A stretch of 64,000 nt of DNA from Mobula hypostoma (lineage: Eukaryota), in the NCBI RefSeq assembly GCF_963921235.1, contig NC_086118.1:2046001-2110000 (forward strand). The letters run 5' to 3'. Positions 1 to 12,165 of the stretch are shown one piece after another. A program made the position numbers and the translations under genes. A model generated the notes under the pieces. It ran no database searches. It was not told the origin of the DNA and saw only the letters and a program-made list of their open reading frames with translations. Each line of letters starts with the position of its first letter. Positions within the stretch are counted from its first letter, which is position 1.

Positions 1-1865
1 AATATGAGCTGTTGTTCCTCTTGGTGGCCTCCAACCTGAGGGGGCAGGACATATAATACTGAGATGAGAAGAAACCGTCACACAGAGGGTAATTAATCTA
101 CCAGGCAGCCTATTTCAATGTGCAGAAAGACCTGGATACTTTTCGAGCATGGGCTGATAAATGCCATTTCCGGGAAACATTCTACCCTTGACATTCAGAG
201 TCAGGTTTAATATCCCCAGCGTATGTCATGAAATTTGTTGTTATGCAGCAGCAATGCATTGCAATACAGAATGAAATCTGTGAATTACAGGAAGAAGCTG
301 TTTCTGAATTGTTGTGTGCGCACCTTCAGGCTCCTGTACCTCCTCCCTGATGGTAGCAATGAGAAGAGGACATGTCCTGGGTGATGGGGTCCTTAATGAA
401 GCATTGCTGCTTGAAGATGTTCTGGATGCTGGGGAGGCCAGTGCCCGTGATGGAGCTGATTGAGTTTACAACATTCTGCAGCTTATTTCAATCCTGTGCA
501 GTGCCCTCCTCCCTCCATATCAGACGGTGATACAGCTAGTTAGAATGCTCTCCCTGGTACACCTGTAGAAATTTGTGTGTCAATGGCCCAACCACCACCA
601 AGTCCCTCCATAAACATTCAGAATGGCCCCATTGACCAGAATCACAAGCTGACCAGTTGCAGAATACCACGGCCATAGGAGCAGGTACGAGGCGTGGTAA
701 CTCACCTCCTGACAACGCACGAGGCGTGGGATACTACGGTGACTCACCTCCTGACAACCCACGGTCTACAAGGAGAGCAATGGAATGCTCTCAACTTGCA
801 CGTATGAGTGCAGCTCCAATCTTTCACACGAACACCATAGTGTATGGTTAGTAGAACACTATTACGCCATTAGCACCGTGACCCGTGTTCAATTGCGCCA
901 CTCTGCAAGGAGTTTGTATGTTCTCCTCATGACCGCACGACCTCGTGTACTGTGGAGAGCGTTCTAGCTGGCTGCATCAGCGTCTGGCATGCACGGCACA
1001 GAATCAAAACCAGCTGCAGAGAGGTGTGCTGCTCTGACGGGAGTTTGCATGTTTTCTGGGTGCTCTGAGTTCCTCCCACATTCCAAGGACGTATGGGTCA
1101 GTAGGTCAGTGGGTGTTCTTGGGCAGCATGAGCTCGCTGGGCCTTAAGGGCCAGTTACCACGTTACATCTCGAAATGAAATCAGGTAAATAAGTGAACAA
1201 CGCCAGGCAGTGGCCACAACGCACGGTGCCCAGGCTATTCTGAGAGCACTTCCAAATCCCTGGATCTTTACCACCAAGAGCGGCAGGTGTATGGGAGCAG
1301 CACCATTTGCAGCCCCTCCTGGGTTGCACCCCATCCTAGTTTGGAAAAGTATTGCAAAAAAAGACTTTAATGTTGGAAAAACGCAGCCACCCAAGCAGCA
1401 TCTGTGGATAGAGAACCGCATCACTGTTTGAGATGAGATATCCTTCTTCAGAAACTAATTGAGTGGTTTTCCTGCTCACCCTTGCTGAGGTCTTCCAGTG
1501 TTTCTGTTTTCAATCCTTTCACTGAAGCATTGAGTGCTGCATGTCACTGCCAGCAGCCTTAGACATAGCTGCATTTTTAAAAATCAGCCATAAAAAGCGT
1601 CTGGCCCTGTCTCTCACAGATTGGTTGTCACACAACGGAGAAGCGGCTGGTTTTGCCAACAACACACAACCTCTACCGTACCTTCATAAATACTGCCTGA
1701 CTTGCTGAGTTCACCCAGCATCTTATGTGTATTGCTTGAGATTGCTAGCATTTCCGGAATCTCCTGTGAGGCAGGTTTGTCTTTCAGATTGGGCTATTTC
1801 CACAACTCTGCAATTTATTGTGGTCTTGAGCAGTGCAGTTGCCAAGCGTCAGGGTGTGCACTGAC

Positions 1866-4800
1866 ACATAGAAACATAGAAAACCTACAGCACAATACAG
1901 GCCCTTCGGCCCACAATGCTGTGCCAAACATCCTCACCTTAGAAATTACTAGGGTTACCCATAGTCCTCTATTTTTTGAGCTCCATGCACCTGTCCAGGA
2001 GTCTCTTAAAAGACCCTATTGTATCTGCCTCCACCACCATCGCCAGCAACCCATTCCACGCACTCACTGCTCTCTAAGTAAAAAACTTATCCTTGACATC
2101 TCCTCTGTACCTAATTCCAAGCACCTTAAAATTGTGCCCACTTGTGCTAGCCATTCCAGCCCTGGGAAAAAGCCTCTGACTAGCCACACGATCAACGCCT
2201 CTCATCATCTTATACACCTCTATCAGGTCACCTCTCATCCTCTGTCGCTCCAAGGAAAAAAGGCCGAGTTCACTCAACCTGTTCTCATAAGGCATGCTCC
2301 CCAATCCAGGCAGCATCCTTGTAAATCTCCTCTGCACCCTTTCTATGGTTTCTGACTAGGGTCCTATTTAGCTGCAACATTACCTCTCTGCTCCAAAACT
2401 CAATTCCACGAATGATGAAGGCCAATTCATCATATACTTTCTTAACCACAGAGTCAACCTATGGACTCAGACCCCAAGATCCCTCTGATCCTCCACATTG
2501 CCAAGAGTCTTACCATTAATACTATATTCTGCCATCATATTTGACCTGCCAAAATGAACCACCTCACACTTATCTGGGTTGAATTCCATCTGCCACTTAT
2601 TAGCCCAGTTTTGCATCCTATCAATGTCCCGCTGTAACCTCTGACAGCCCTCCACACTATCCACAACACCCCCAACCTTTGTGTCATCAGAAAACTTACT
2701 AACCCATCCCTCCACTTCCTCATCCAGGTCATTTATAAAAATCACAAAGAGTAGGGGTCCCAGAACAGATCCCTGAGGCACACCACTGGTGACCGACCTT
2801 CTTGCAGAATATGACCTGTCTACAACCTCTCTTTACCTTCTGTGGGCAAGCCAATTCTGCATCCACAAAGCAATGTCCCCTTGGATCCCATGCCTCCTTA
2901 CTTTCTCAATAAGCCTTGCATTGGGTACCTTATCAAATGCCTTGCTGAAATCCATATAGAGTACACTACATATACTGCTCTACCTTCATCAATGTGTTTA
3001 GTCACATCCTCATAAAATTCAATCAGGCTCGTAAGGCACGACCTGCCTTTGACAAAACCATGCTGGCTATTCCTAATCATAATATGCCTCTCCAAATTTT
3101 CATAAACCCTGCCTCTCAGGATCTTCTCCATCAACTTACCAACCACTGAAGTAATCACTGGTCTATCTCTATTTCCCTTCTTGAATAATAGAATAACATC
3201 CCAGCCCTCCAATCCTCCGGAATCTCTCCCGTCCCCATTGATGATGCAAAGATCATCGCCAGAGGCTCAGCAATCTCCTCCCTCGCCTTCCACAGTAGCC
3301 TGGGGTACATTTCGTCTGGTCCCGGTGACTTATCCAACTTGATGCTTTCCAAAAGTTCCAGCACATCCTCTTTCTTAATATCTACATGCTCAACCTTTTC
3401 AGTCTGCTGTAAGTTATCCCTACAATCACCAAGATCCTTTTCCATAGTGAATACTGAAGCAAAGTACTCAGTAAGTATGTCTGCTATCTCCTCCGGTTCC
3501 ATACACACTTTCCCACTGTCACACTTGATTGGTCCTATTCTCTCACGTCTTATCCTCTTGCTCTTCACATCCTTGTAGAATGCCTTGGAGTTTTCCTTAA
3601 TCCTGTCCGCCAAGGCCTTCTTATAGCCCCTTCTGGCTCTCCTAATTTCTTTCTTAAGCTCCTTCCTGCTATCCTTATAACTTCCTAGATCTCTATCACA
3701 AGCTAGTTTTTTGAACCTTTTGTAAGCTCTTCTTTTTAACTAGATTTACTGCAGCCTTTGTACACCACGGTTCCTCTACCCTACCATCCTTTCCCTGTCT
3801 CATTGGAATGTACCTATGCAGAACGCCATGCAAATATCCTCTGAACATTTTTTCTTCTGTACATTTCCCTGAGAACACCTGTTCCCAATTTATGCTTCCA
3901 GTTCCTGCCTGATAGCTTCATATTTCCCCTTACTCCAAGTAAACGCTTTCCTAACTTGTCTGTTCCTATCCCTCTCTAATGCTATGGTGAAGGAGATAGA
4001 GTTGTGATCACTATCTCCAAAATGTTCTCGCACTGAAAGATCTGACACCTGACCAAGTTCATTTCCCAATACCAGATCAAGTACAGCCTCTCCTCTTGTA
4101 GGCTTATCTACATATTGTGTCAAGAATCCTTCCTGAACACACCTAACAAACTCCTCCCCATCTAAACCCCTCGCTCTAGGGACATGCCAATCAATATTTG
4201 GGAAATTAAAATCTCCCACCACGACAACCCTGTTATTATTACACCTTTCCAGAATCTGTCTCCCTATCTGCTCCTCAATGTCCCTGTTACTATTGGGTGG
4301 TCTATAAAAAACACCCAGTAGAATTATTGATCCCTTCCTGTTCCTAACTTCCACCCACAGAGACTCTGTAGACAATCCCTCCATGTCTTCCTCCTTTTCT
4401 GCAGCCATGACACTATCTCTGATCAACAATGCCACACCCTCACCTCTTCTGCCTCCCTCCCTGTCCTTTCTGAAACATCTAAAGCCTGGCACTCAAAAGT
4501 AGCCATTCCTGCCCCTGAGCCATCCAAGTCTCTGTAATGGCCACAACATCATAGCTGCAAGTACTGATCCACACTCTAAGCTCATCCGCTTTGTTCATGA
4601 TACTCCTTGCATTAAAATAGACACATCTCAAACCGTTGGTCTGAGCCTGTCCTTTCTCTGTCACCTGCCTATCCTCCCTCTCGCACTGACTCCAAGTTTT
4701 CTCTATTTGTGAGCCAACCACCTCTTCCTCCGTCTCTTCAGTTTGGTTCCCACCCCCCAGCAATCCTAGTTTAAACTCCCACCAATAGCCTTAGCAAACC

Positions 4801-5230
4801 TCCCTGCCAGGATATTGGTCCCCCTGGGATTCAAGTGCAACCCATCTTTTTTGTACAGGTCACTCCTGCCCCAAAAGAGGTCCCAATGATTCAGAAATCT
4901 GAATCCCTGCCCCCTGCTCCAATCCCTCAGCCACACACTTATCCTCCATCTCACTCTATTCCTATACTCACTGTCACGTAGCACAGACAGTAATCCCGAG
5001 ATGACTACCTTTGTGGTCCTGCTTCTCAACTTCCTTCCTAACTCCCTGTAGTCTGTTTTCAGGACCTCCTCCCTTTTCCTGCCTATGTTATTGGTACCAA
5101 TATGTGCCACGACCTCTGGCTGTTCTCCTTCCCACTTCAGGATATCGTGGACGTGATCAGAAACATCCCGGACCCTGGCACTTGGGAGGCAAACTATCAT
5201 CCGTGCTTCTTTCTTGCGTCCACAGAATCG
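1866..5230 (-). mobile_element. CR1-clade LINE, decayed, with ORF1 esterase fragment plus APE endonuclease and RT fragments; internal deletions
   Basis: Minus ORFs: 4766-5200 (HIGTNN...DGLHLN, SGNH esterase), 4479-4763 and 3890-4492 (VAITETW, GDFNFP, SDH; APE), 3155-3613, 2898-3212, 2467-2781 ([12 protein letters not shown]; RT), 2074-2337. The 3' tail reads catagaaacataga on + at ~1866. Confidence 0.92.
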
Positions 5231-5379
5231 TGCGGACTCCCATGCAGAGACAGAAGCAAGAGTTTATTCATAGGAATTCTGACTGAACGTTGGAGGCTTG
5301 GCCGAGCAACACAGCGTGATGAATCATTCTCGAAACAAGGACCCAGCAATTAGTTCTAATTGTGAGTCCTCTTTCAATA

Positions 5380-6390
5380 ATCACAGTATGCAGAAAACCT
5401 GATACTCTACTGTGCATCCATAGGAATTTGAGAAAGTTTTAGATGACATGCGCAAACTTCTAAGACAGTAGAGGTGCTGCCACGGTTTCTTTGTAATGGT
5501 ATTTATGTACTGGACTCAGGACAGGTCCTCTGAATGATAATGCCACAGGATTTAAAATTACCCACCCTCTCCACCTCCGATCCCCTGAAGAGGACTGGCT
5601 CATGGAGCTCCAATTTCCTCCTCCTGTAATCAATAATCAGCTCTCTGGTTTTGCAGACATCGAGTGAAAGGTTGTTTTGTGGTACCATTCAAGCAGATTC
5701 TCAATCTCCCTCCATTATGTTGATTCATCGCCACCTTTTACAAATATCCCACCTCTCCCAGAAGTTCCGGGAGTCTCCTGCATATTAATAGTGGCTCCCT
5801 GACGCCTGAAAATTATATACAATGTCCCGGAAATTGATTTTTTTGAGAGAAAGCGTGAGAGAGAGAGCAAGCTAGCGCGAGTGACAGAGACCACGAGCGA
5901 GAGAGTTCCAAAAAATGTCAGAGTGGCAAAATGTTCCAAAAAAAATAAAACGTACGTCACCCCAGACTACACTAAAGTGTGCCCCTGGCTAATAGGGGTC
6001 AAAGTAATGACAGTGTTGCTCGCTGCACTGTTTGCAACAGTGACTTTTCTATTGCCCATAGTGGGTTAAGACTGTAAAAGACGTGTTGAGGTGAGTTTAA
6101 CAGGTGTCATTCGTTTATTAGCATAGCTAACGTTATTTAAACTAGCTGGCCAGCTGCTAAGGAGCTGCTCTATTGCAGACATCCCGCCTCTCCCGGGAGT
6201 CTCCCGCAAATTGATGGTGCTACCTCCCTGAAATGAGTTTTTGCAGGGTGGGATGTCTGCTTTTATTCGGCCAACAACAGCGGTGTCCTCAGTAAACCTG
6301 AATATGGTATTGGAGCTGAATTAAGCCGGAAAGCATGAGTATCAACCGTGTATCACCCAGTCTTGTGGTACATCTGTTCTGATGGTCTAC
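5380..6390 (-). mobile_element. Degenerate non-LTR retrotransposon RT fragment (Rex1/L2-like), interrupted by a MITE
   Basis: ORF 5503-5688 reads NNLSLDVCKTRELIIDYRR...VERVGNFK, a typical RT C-terminal motif. Host sequence continues across the 5741-6259 insertion. Confidence 0.65.
5741..6259. mobile_element. Non-autonomous DNA transposon (MITE) with 13-bp TIRs and 6-bp TSD
   Basis: Left end CAAATATCCCACC; right end GGTGGGATGTCTG (revcomp CAGACATCCCACC). CTTTTA is duplicated at 5735-5740 and 6260-6265. Confidence 0.75.
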
Positions 6391-6499
6391 ACTCTGAACA
6401 TCGCTGACCATCAACGACTTTCAGCTCAAACATTAACCAATACCAATGATAGGTAACTTTACAGGTTTCTGTCTTTTTATTCCCGAACTACCTATGGTC

Positions 6500-6900
6500 A
6501 TTCCTGTTACTCCAGATTGTCAGCACTCCGCTCCCCAGTCCCGCCTGCCTGCTGATCCAGTCCGGGTTTGTGGTGTGGCTGGACTGGCGCGGCCGCCATG
6601 AGGCCGTTCTCCAGGCGCTCGGCGAAGCCGCTGCTGTTCGGGGCGGTGGGTGCGGTGCTGGCGGCCGGCTTCCTCTACAGGTGAGGCGGCACCGCGTGTT
6701 CCCGGTGGGTGCCGTGTGGCCCTGAGAGACAGCAGGACAGGCTGAGGGGCTGTTCAACCACTCTGGCCTACCCAGTCCCCGATGGCGCCGCTCCCTCCCT
6801 CCCTCGGCAGGGCAGACATTCCGTCCGCTTGCCTCCGTGATCTTTCCTCCTCACCTCCCTCTGCCGCTATGACCTTTTCACTCCCGTGACCTCCATGACC
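6500..6900 (+). promoter_or_regulatory. CpG-island promoter and first exon of the microprotein gene
   Basis: Strong local GC/CpG enrichment, GC box CCCCGCC at ~6539-6545, Kozak GCCGCCATG at 6592-6600. Confidence 0.75.
6598..6680 (+). CDS. Exon 1 CDS of an unnamed 71-aa single-pass membrane microprotein (MRPFSRRSAKPLLFGAVGAVLAAGFLY-R)
   Basis: GCCGCCATG start inside a CpG island; 83 nt; ends at consensus donor CAG|GTGAGG (phase 2). Confidence 0.8.
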
Positions 6901-8539
6901 TTTCCCCTCTCTGACCCGGTGACCTTTCCCTTCTCCCCTGAGCCTGGATCCCTCGTGTCCGGGGAAACCCGGCCCGATGAGCCCGACAAGATGCGAGGTC
7001 CCTTTTGTGGCGAGAAGACCAAAATTATGCAACCATATAACAATTACAGCATGGAAACAGGCCATCTCGGCCCTTCTAGTCCGTGCCGAACTCTTACTCT
7101 CACCTGGTCCCACCAACCTGCACTCAGCCCATAACCCTCCATTCCTTTCCTGTCCATATATCTATCCAATTTAACTTTAAACGACAACATCGAACCTGCA
7201 AAAATTGTTTTAGGTATTCTCCCGTCGAGTCCTTGTTAAACCAACTCTTGTACTCAACCCTCTCGCAATAAAGATCAACTCTTAACTTGCTTTCAGTAAA
7301 TCGTGTACAATGACATCCAGGTCATTTTAAATGCCAATGCTTCCTAATCCATCACGTAAACAATACTCAGCATTTCTGTTTTCATTGGACAATTTCGCAT
7401 TTTTCAATGTTGTCCTGTGCTGTCATGTCGTTGCCTATTCACTGTTCGTATGTAGCCCAGAAGACTCCCTGACACTTGGAAGGACTCTTTCAAAGTCCTC
7501 AGTATCTGTGAGAGACAGGGGCACGTGGACAACAAAAAGCAGCAACACACAGCAGTCAACTCTTCCGTGGATATAACAATGTCACAGTTTTCAGCTTGTC
7601 AGAAAAACCTCAGCTTAAATTGCAAACCTACCTGGTCTCTGAACTTTTTTTCCCAACCCCAGTCCCTGCAGGCTGCACGCTGACTCACCTTCCTGATCAC
7701 AACCAGCCTGCTGCCTGTCTTTCTGAACCTTATCTTGATTCTGGCCACAAACTATCTATCTATTGGTATTTTCACCAAATGACAGCACATTGAATGCAGT
7801 CTGCCATCTCATAGCAGATAGGATTCACTAACCTCACAGGAGAGGGCTCTGGAGGAACTTGCTGTAGTTAGTCGTGCTCCCAATAGTGCACACCTACATG
7901 GATCAACAAATATTAAATCAGCGGATCTCGGGGATTTAGTGTGTAACGTTTAGGTAAATCAATATAGAATGTGATTAGTTGGGGGTCTAAAGACTGATCA
8001 TGTGGTATCCCATTAGACACAGCCTGCTGTCCTGAGGACATTTTTATTCCTATTTTTTTTCTATTTGTTAACCAGTTCTCAGCCCCCTCATCCTATGTGC
8101 TCTAACTGTGTCAGCAATCTTCCATGTAAGGCTTTATAAAAGCTTTCTGAAAATTGAAATACTTCACCTCTACCCAATTATCTACTGTATTACATATATT
8201 CCCAAATAAATCTATTAGATTAGTCGAATATTATTTCCCTTTCAAAATCCAAATTGACTGCTCCATCACGTTAATTTCTAGGTGTCTTGATATCATATCT
8301 CTATCAGCATTTTACCCACTACTGATATTGTTAACTGGTCAGGAGTACCCTGCTCTCTCTCTTCCTCCTTCCTTAGAGGGGGCAGGCACACCTCATCCTC
8401 CAGTCAGCAGGAACAATTCCAGGACCTATAGAATTTTGGTCTATGATGCTCTCTTCTTCCAAAAAGTTTGGGAATACCAATTTTTAGGCTCATTAAACTT
8501 TCTGGTGTTATTTCTTTACTAATACTAATTCGTTTTACC

Positions 8540-9890
8540 CGGCTCATCAGTATTTTTGATGAGGTTTCAAGGTACTTGGAGACTAATGATAAAATAAGTC
8601 AACATCAGCATGGTTTCTGTAAAGGGAAATCCTGCCTAACCAATCTGTTAGAGTTCTTTGAGGAAGTAACAAACAGGTTGGACAAAGAAGAGGCAGTGGA
8701 TGTCATTTACTTGGATTTTCAGAAGGCGTTTGATAAGGTGCCACTCGAGGCTGCTTATCAAGATAAAATCCTATGGAGTTACGGGAGAAATACTGGCATG
8801 GATTGAGAAATGGCTGACAGGCAGGAGGGGGCAGTGAGTGGGAATAAAAGGGGCCTTTTCTGGTTGGCTGCTGGTGACTAGTGGTGTTCCTCAGGGATCA
8901 GTATTGGGACCGCTACTTTTCAGATTGTTTGTCAGTGATTTGGATAATGGAATTGATGGCTGTGTGGCAAAGTTTGTTGATGATATGTGGAGGGGTAGGT
9001 AGTGCTGAGGAAGGAATGTGATTGCAGCAGGACTTAGACAAATTGGAAGAATGGGCAAAAAGGTGACAGATGGAATACAATGTGGGGAAATGTATGATAA
9101 TGCATTTTACCAAACATCAAAATAGTGCCGACTATTTTCTAAATGAGGAGAAGGTTCAAACATCAGAGATGCAGAGGGACTTAGGAGTCCTCATGCAAGA
9201 CTCCCAGAAGGTTTTTTTTAGCCAGAAGGTGGTGAATCTATTGAATTTGTTGCCACGGGCGGCAGTGGAGGCCAAGTCATTGGGTGTATTTAAGGCAGAG
9301 ATTGATAGGTAGCTGAGTAGCCAGGGCATCAAAGATTATGGTGAGAAGGCGGGGCAGTGGGACTAAATGGGAGAATGGATCAGCTCATGATAAAATGGCG
9401 GAGCAGACTCGATGGGCCAAATGGCCAGCTTCAGCTCCTTTGTCTTATGGTCTTATGGTCTTAAGGTTAATTTATAGATTGAGTCTGTGGTAAAGAAGGC
9501 AAATGCAGTGTTGGCATTTATTTCAAGGGGAATAGAATATAAAAGCAAGGAGATAATGCTGAGCCTTTATAAGACACTAGTCAGGCCGCACTTGGGAGTG
9601 TTGGCAACAGTTTTGGGCCTCATCTGAGAAAGGATGTATTGTCATTGGAGAGAGTTCAGAGGAGGTTCACAAGGATAATTCCAGGAATGAAGGGGTTAAC
9701 ATATGAGGAGCGTTTGGCAGCTTTGGGCCTGTACTCACTGGAATTTAGAAGAATGTGGGGCAATCTCATTGAGATCTACCAATTGTTGAAAGGACTAGAT
9801 AGGGTGGATGTGGAGAGGGTGTTTCCTATGATGGGGTATCCAGAACTAGAGGGCATAGTCTCAAAATTGAAGGGTGACCCTTTAGAACAG
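8540..9890 (+). mobile_element. CR1 LINE RT/3' fragment with a second CR1 3' end nested at ~9208-9462
   Basis: QHGFCKGKSCLTNLLEFFE...YLDFQKAFDKVP and [10 protein letters not shown] motifs. The nested copy ends in (cttatggt)n and is flanked by aaggtt. Confidence 0.85.
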
Positions 9891-9899
9891 AGCACCTTT

Positions 9900-10465
9900 G
9901 TTCTGTCTGCAACAGGCAGGATTTCTTTGTGGCCAACTATTTTAATTCTACCTCCCATTCTGACTCTGACATGTCAGTCCATGACTCTACAGTCACGGTG
10001 AGGTCACTCTCAGGTTGGAGGAGCAACGCCTTATTTTCTGTCTGGGTAGCCTCCAACATGAAGCCACAAATGTTTATTTCTCTGTCTACCAGTAATTTCT
10101 CATATTAGCCCCTCTCTCATTTTCCATTCCCCATTCTGTCTTCCCTCTTGCCCTTCTCGACTCCTGCCCATTCCCTTTCTCTCATGGTCAGCTCTCCTTT
10201 CCAGATTCCTCCTTATTCAGCCCTATACTTCTTCCACCTATCACCTCCAAGTTCTCACTCATCCACTCCTTTCCCCACCCACCTACCAGATTTCACCTAT
10301 CACCTGCCAGTTTATACTTCTTCCCTTCCCCCATCTTCTTATTCTGGCTTTCTTCCCCTTCCTTTTCAGTCCCGGGGAAATGTCTCGGCCTAAAACGTTG
10401 ACAGTTTATTCCCCTCCATAGATGCTGCCTGGCCTACTGAGTTCCTCCAGCATTTTGTGTGTTGC
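9900..10465 (+). mobile_element. Penelope-like element 3' fragment (end of GIY-YIG endonuclease plus pyrimidine-rich pseudo-LTR with decayed hammerhead)
   Basis: Decayed coding sequence for ...SDMSVH...LRLEEQRLIF.LGSLQ..., followed by the same terminal repeat (gatgctgcctggcc...ccagca) seen in the other PLE copies. Confidence 0.7.
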
Positions 10466-10489
10466 ACATGTTCTGCTTTCTTTCCAATA

Positions 10490-10935
10490 TTTTTATTTAT
10501 TTATATATATATAAGAATACAGAGTACAGGAAAACAATATACATGTCAATACAGTAAACTGAATGGCATATAAAGACTCCTTATCCTATATTTGTACAAG
10601 TCAATTAGTTCATAACATTTCAAAAACAATGATTTTATTATATAAAAAAACAAACCCACTACCAAGACCAAAGCTGATTAGTAGAAAAAAAAAGATTGTT
10701 AGTCATCATCTGTGCTTTAACAGCAAATCAAAGGTTTTGAAAATAATTCAGAAAAGGTCCCCACAATGTTTGAAAGTCTTGATTGGATTCAAAGATTGAA
10801 CATCGAATCTTCTCGAAATTTAAACATGACATCACATCACGTAACCATTGGGCATGAATAGGAGGGGCCGCATCTTTCCATTTAAGCAAAAGCGTCCTTC
10901 TGGCCATAAGAGAGATAAAAGCCAAAATGTGCAAT
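10490..10935 (-). mobile_element. L1 3' fragment
   Basis: ORF 10728-10934 reads LAFISLMARRTLLLKWK...WGPFL (L1 ORF2 C-terminus). An A-rich tail with AATAAA lies at ~10490 on the minus strand. Confidence 0.8.
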
Positions 10936-11829
10936 TCTGCTTTCTTTCTTTATCACTTTCTTGGCATCCTTTACTGAATTATAAAAATATTTTCAGTCCT
11001 CAGGCTTACTCTTACTTCTGTCAATTTATAACCACCGGTCTTAATGCTGTTTAGTATCCCCTGTAGTCCAAGGTTGCATCACCTTTCTCATTGTGTCTTT
11101 TACTCTGAAGCAATGAATATCTGCTGCAAATCATGATTTTTTTTTTGCATTAGGTTCTAGCCTGTACCCCTCAGTGTAGTATCCATTCTACCATAGCAAT
11201 TCTGCCCCTCTTACCCGTGGAGATTGAGAACTCTGTTACCTGGCTTTCTAATCTGAAAACCTTCATTCTATTATAGTCATTCTTTCTAGAGGCCTCTTTA
11301 TGATTTTATAATCCTATCACATTGTACTGTACCTGCTGTTTCCTTATTGAGAAATCTATCCTATATAGATTCCATTAATTTATCCTCTACATTACTAGTA
11401 ACAATTTGATTTGTTGATTAAAGTCCTCCCTGATTACTGCATTACTCTTTTCATGCACCTCTGATATCCTTATTTATACCGTCATTGATTACATCTGCAA
11501 TTTGGAGGCCAATAGATAACTCTCAGCAATGTTCTCTGCCCCAGATTCTTCAATGCACCATCCAAACCATTCCTAATTCTCTACCAGAACCTGCCAACCC
11601 AAGGTCGTGCTGAACTTCGGTATTGATCTCATCTCCTATTATCTGTGCTACCTCACTTCTTCAGGCTATTTTGCCAGCCTTTCCTAAGTACCCTGGTGAG
11701 TAGGAATCAATGCATTGACAGCTGGAAACATAGCTTGAAGATGCTTGAGAGTGGAGCCTGGGGTCAGGGTGCCCACCAGCCCGGGGCAATCATTGGCCCA
11801 GGCTCAGCAGGGTTTTCTGTCTTCAACAG

Positions 11830-11962
11830 GCGCAGCTTCTTCCCCGACATTGAAGAGATCCGAGCTCGAGAGCAGCAGAAATACAGTGAGAAGCTGCAGC
11901 TGGTTCTCGAACGAAGGGAGAGGCAGCTACTGGAAATAGAGCAGAAGAAATCAGCCCGGTGA
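11830..11962 (+). CDS. Exon 2 (terminal) CDS of the 71-aa microprotein (R-RSFFPDIEEIRAREQQKYSEKLQLVLERRERQLLEIEQKKSAR*)
   Basis: Acceptor ttttctgtcttcaacag|G is phase-compatible with exon 1 (83+133=216 nt = 71 codons + TGA). The sequence is coding-like, a charged helix. Confidence 0.8.
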
Positions 11963-12159
11963 GCTTGGGAAAGAGCTGAACAATGTCACTACGTAATGGC
12001 TGCTTATCCTGCTCTAGGAGACTGCCAACAGGCACCTGAATCCGACCATTAAGACTAAAAGGAAAACGAGTACTGAATCAAAATACTTTTAGTGAAATTT
12101 GCCTTAAAGAATCACACCAAGTAATCTGATATGTTTCTACATTGTACACCGTATGCTGT

Positions 12160-12165
12160 AATAAA
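12160..12165 (+). terminator. Poly(A) signal of the microprotein gene
   Basis: AATAAA about 200 nt after the stop, followed by T-rich sequence. Confidence 0.6.

Noticed and set aside
1144-1335. Unique-looking Cys-rich minus-strand segment behind an acceptor-like ttttccaaactag
   Set aside because: No recognisable protein in any frame and no supported partner exon; it is flanked by SINE/PLE remnants. RNA-seq would be needed.
1702-2355. 217-aa plus-strand ORF and many similar short ORFs across the window
   Set aside because: They are antisense or off-frame readings of CR1/PLE repeats.
11645-11962. 105-aa single-exon ORF in the ORF track
   Set aside because: It starts at a non-ATG codon. Only the part after the acceptor at 11830 looks coding, and it splices in frame to the CpG-island exon.
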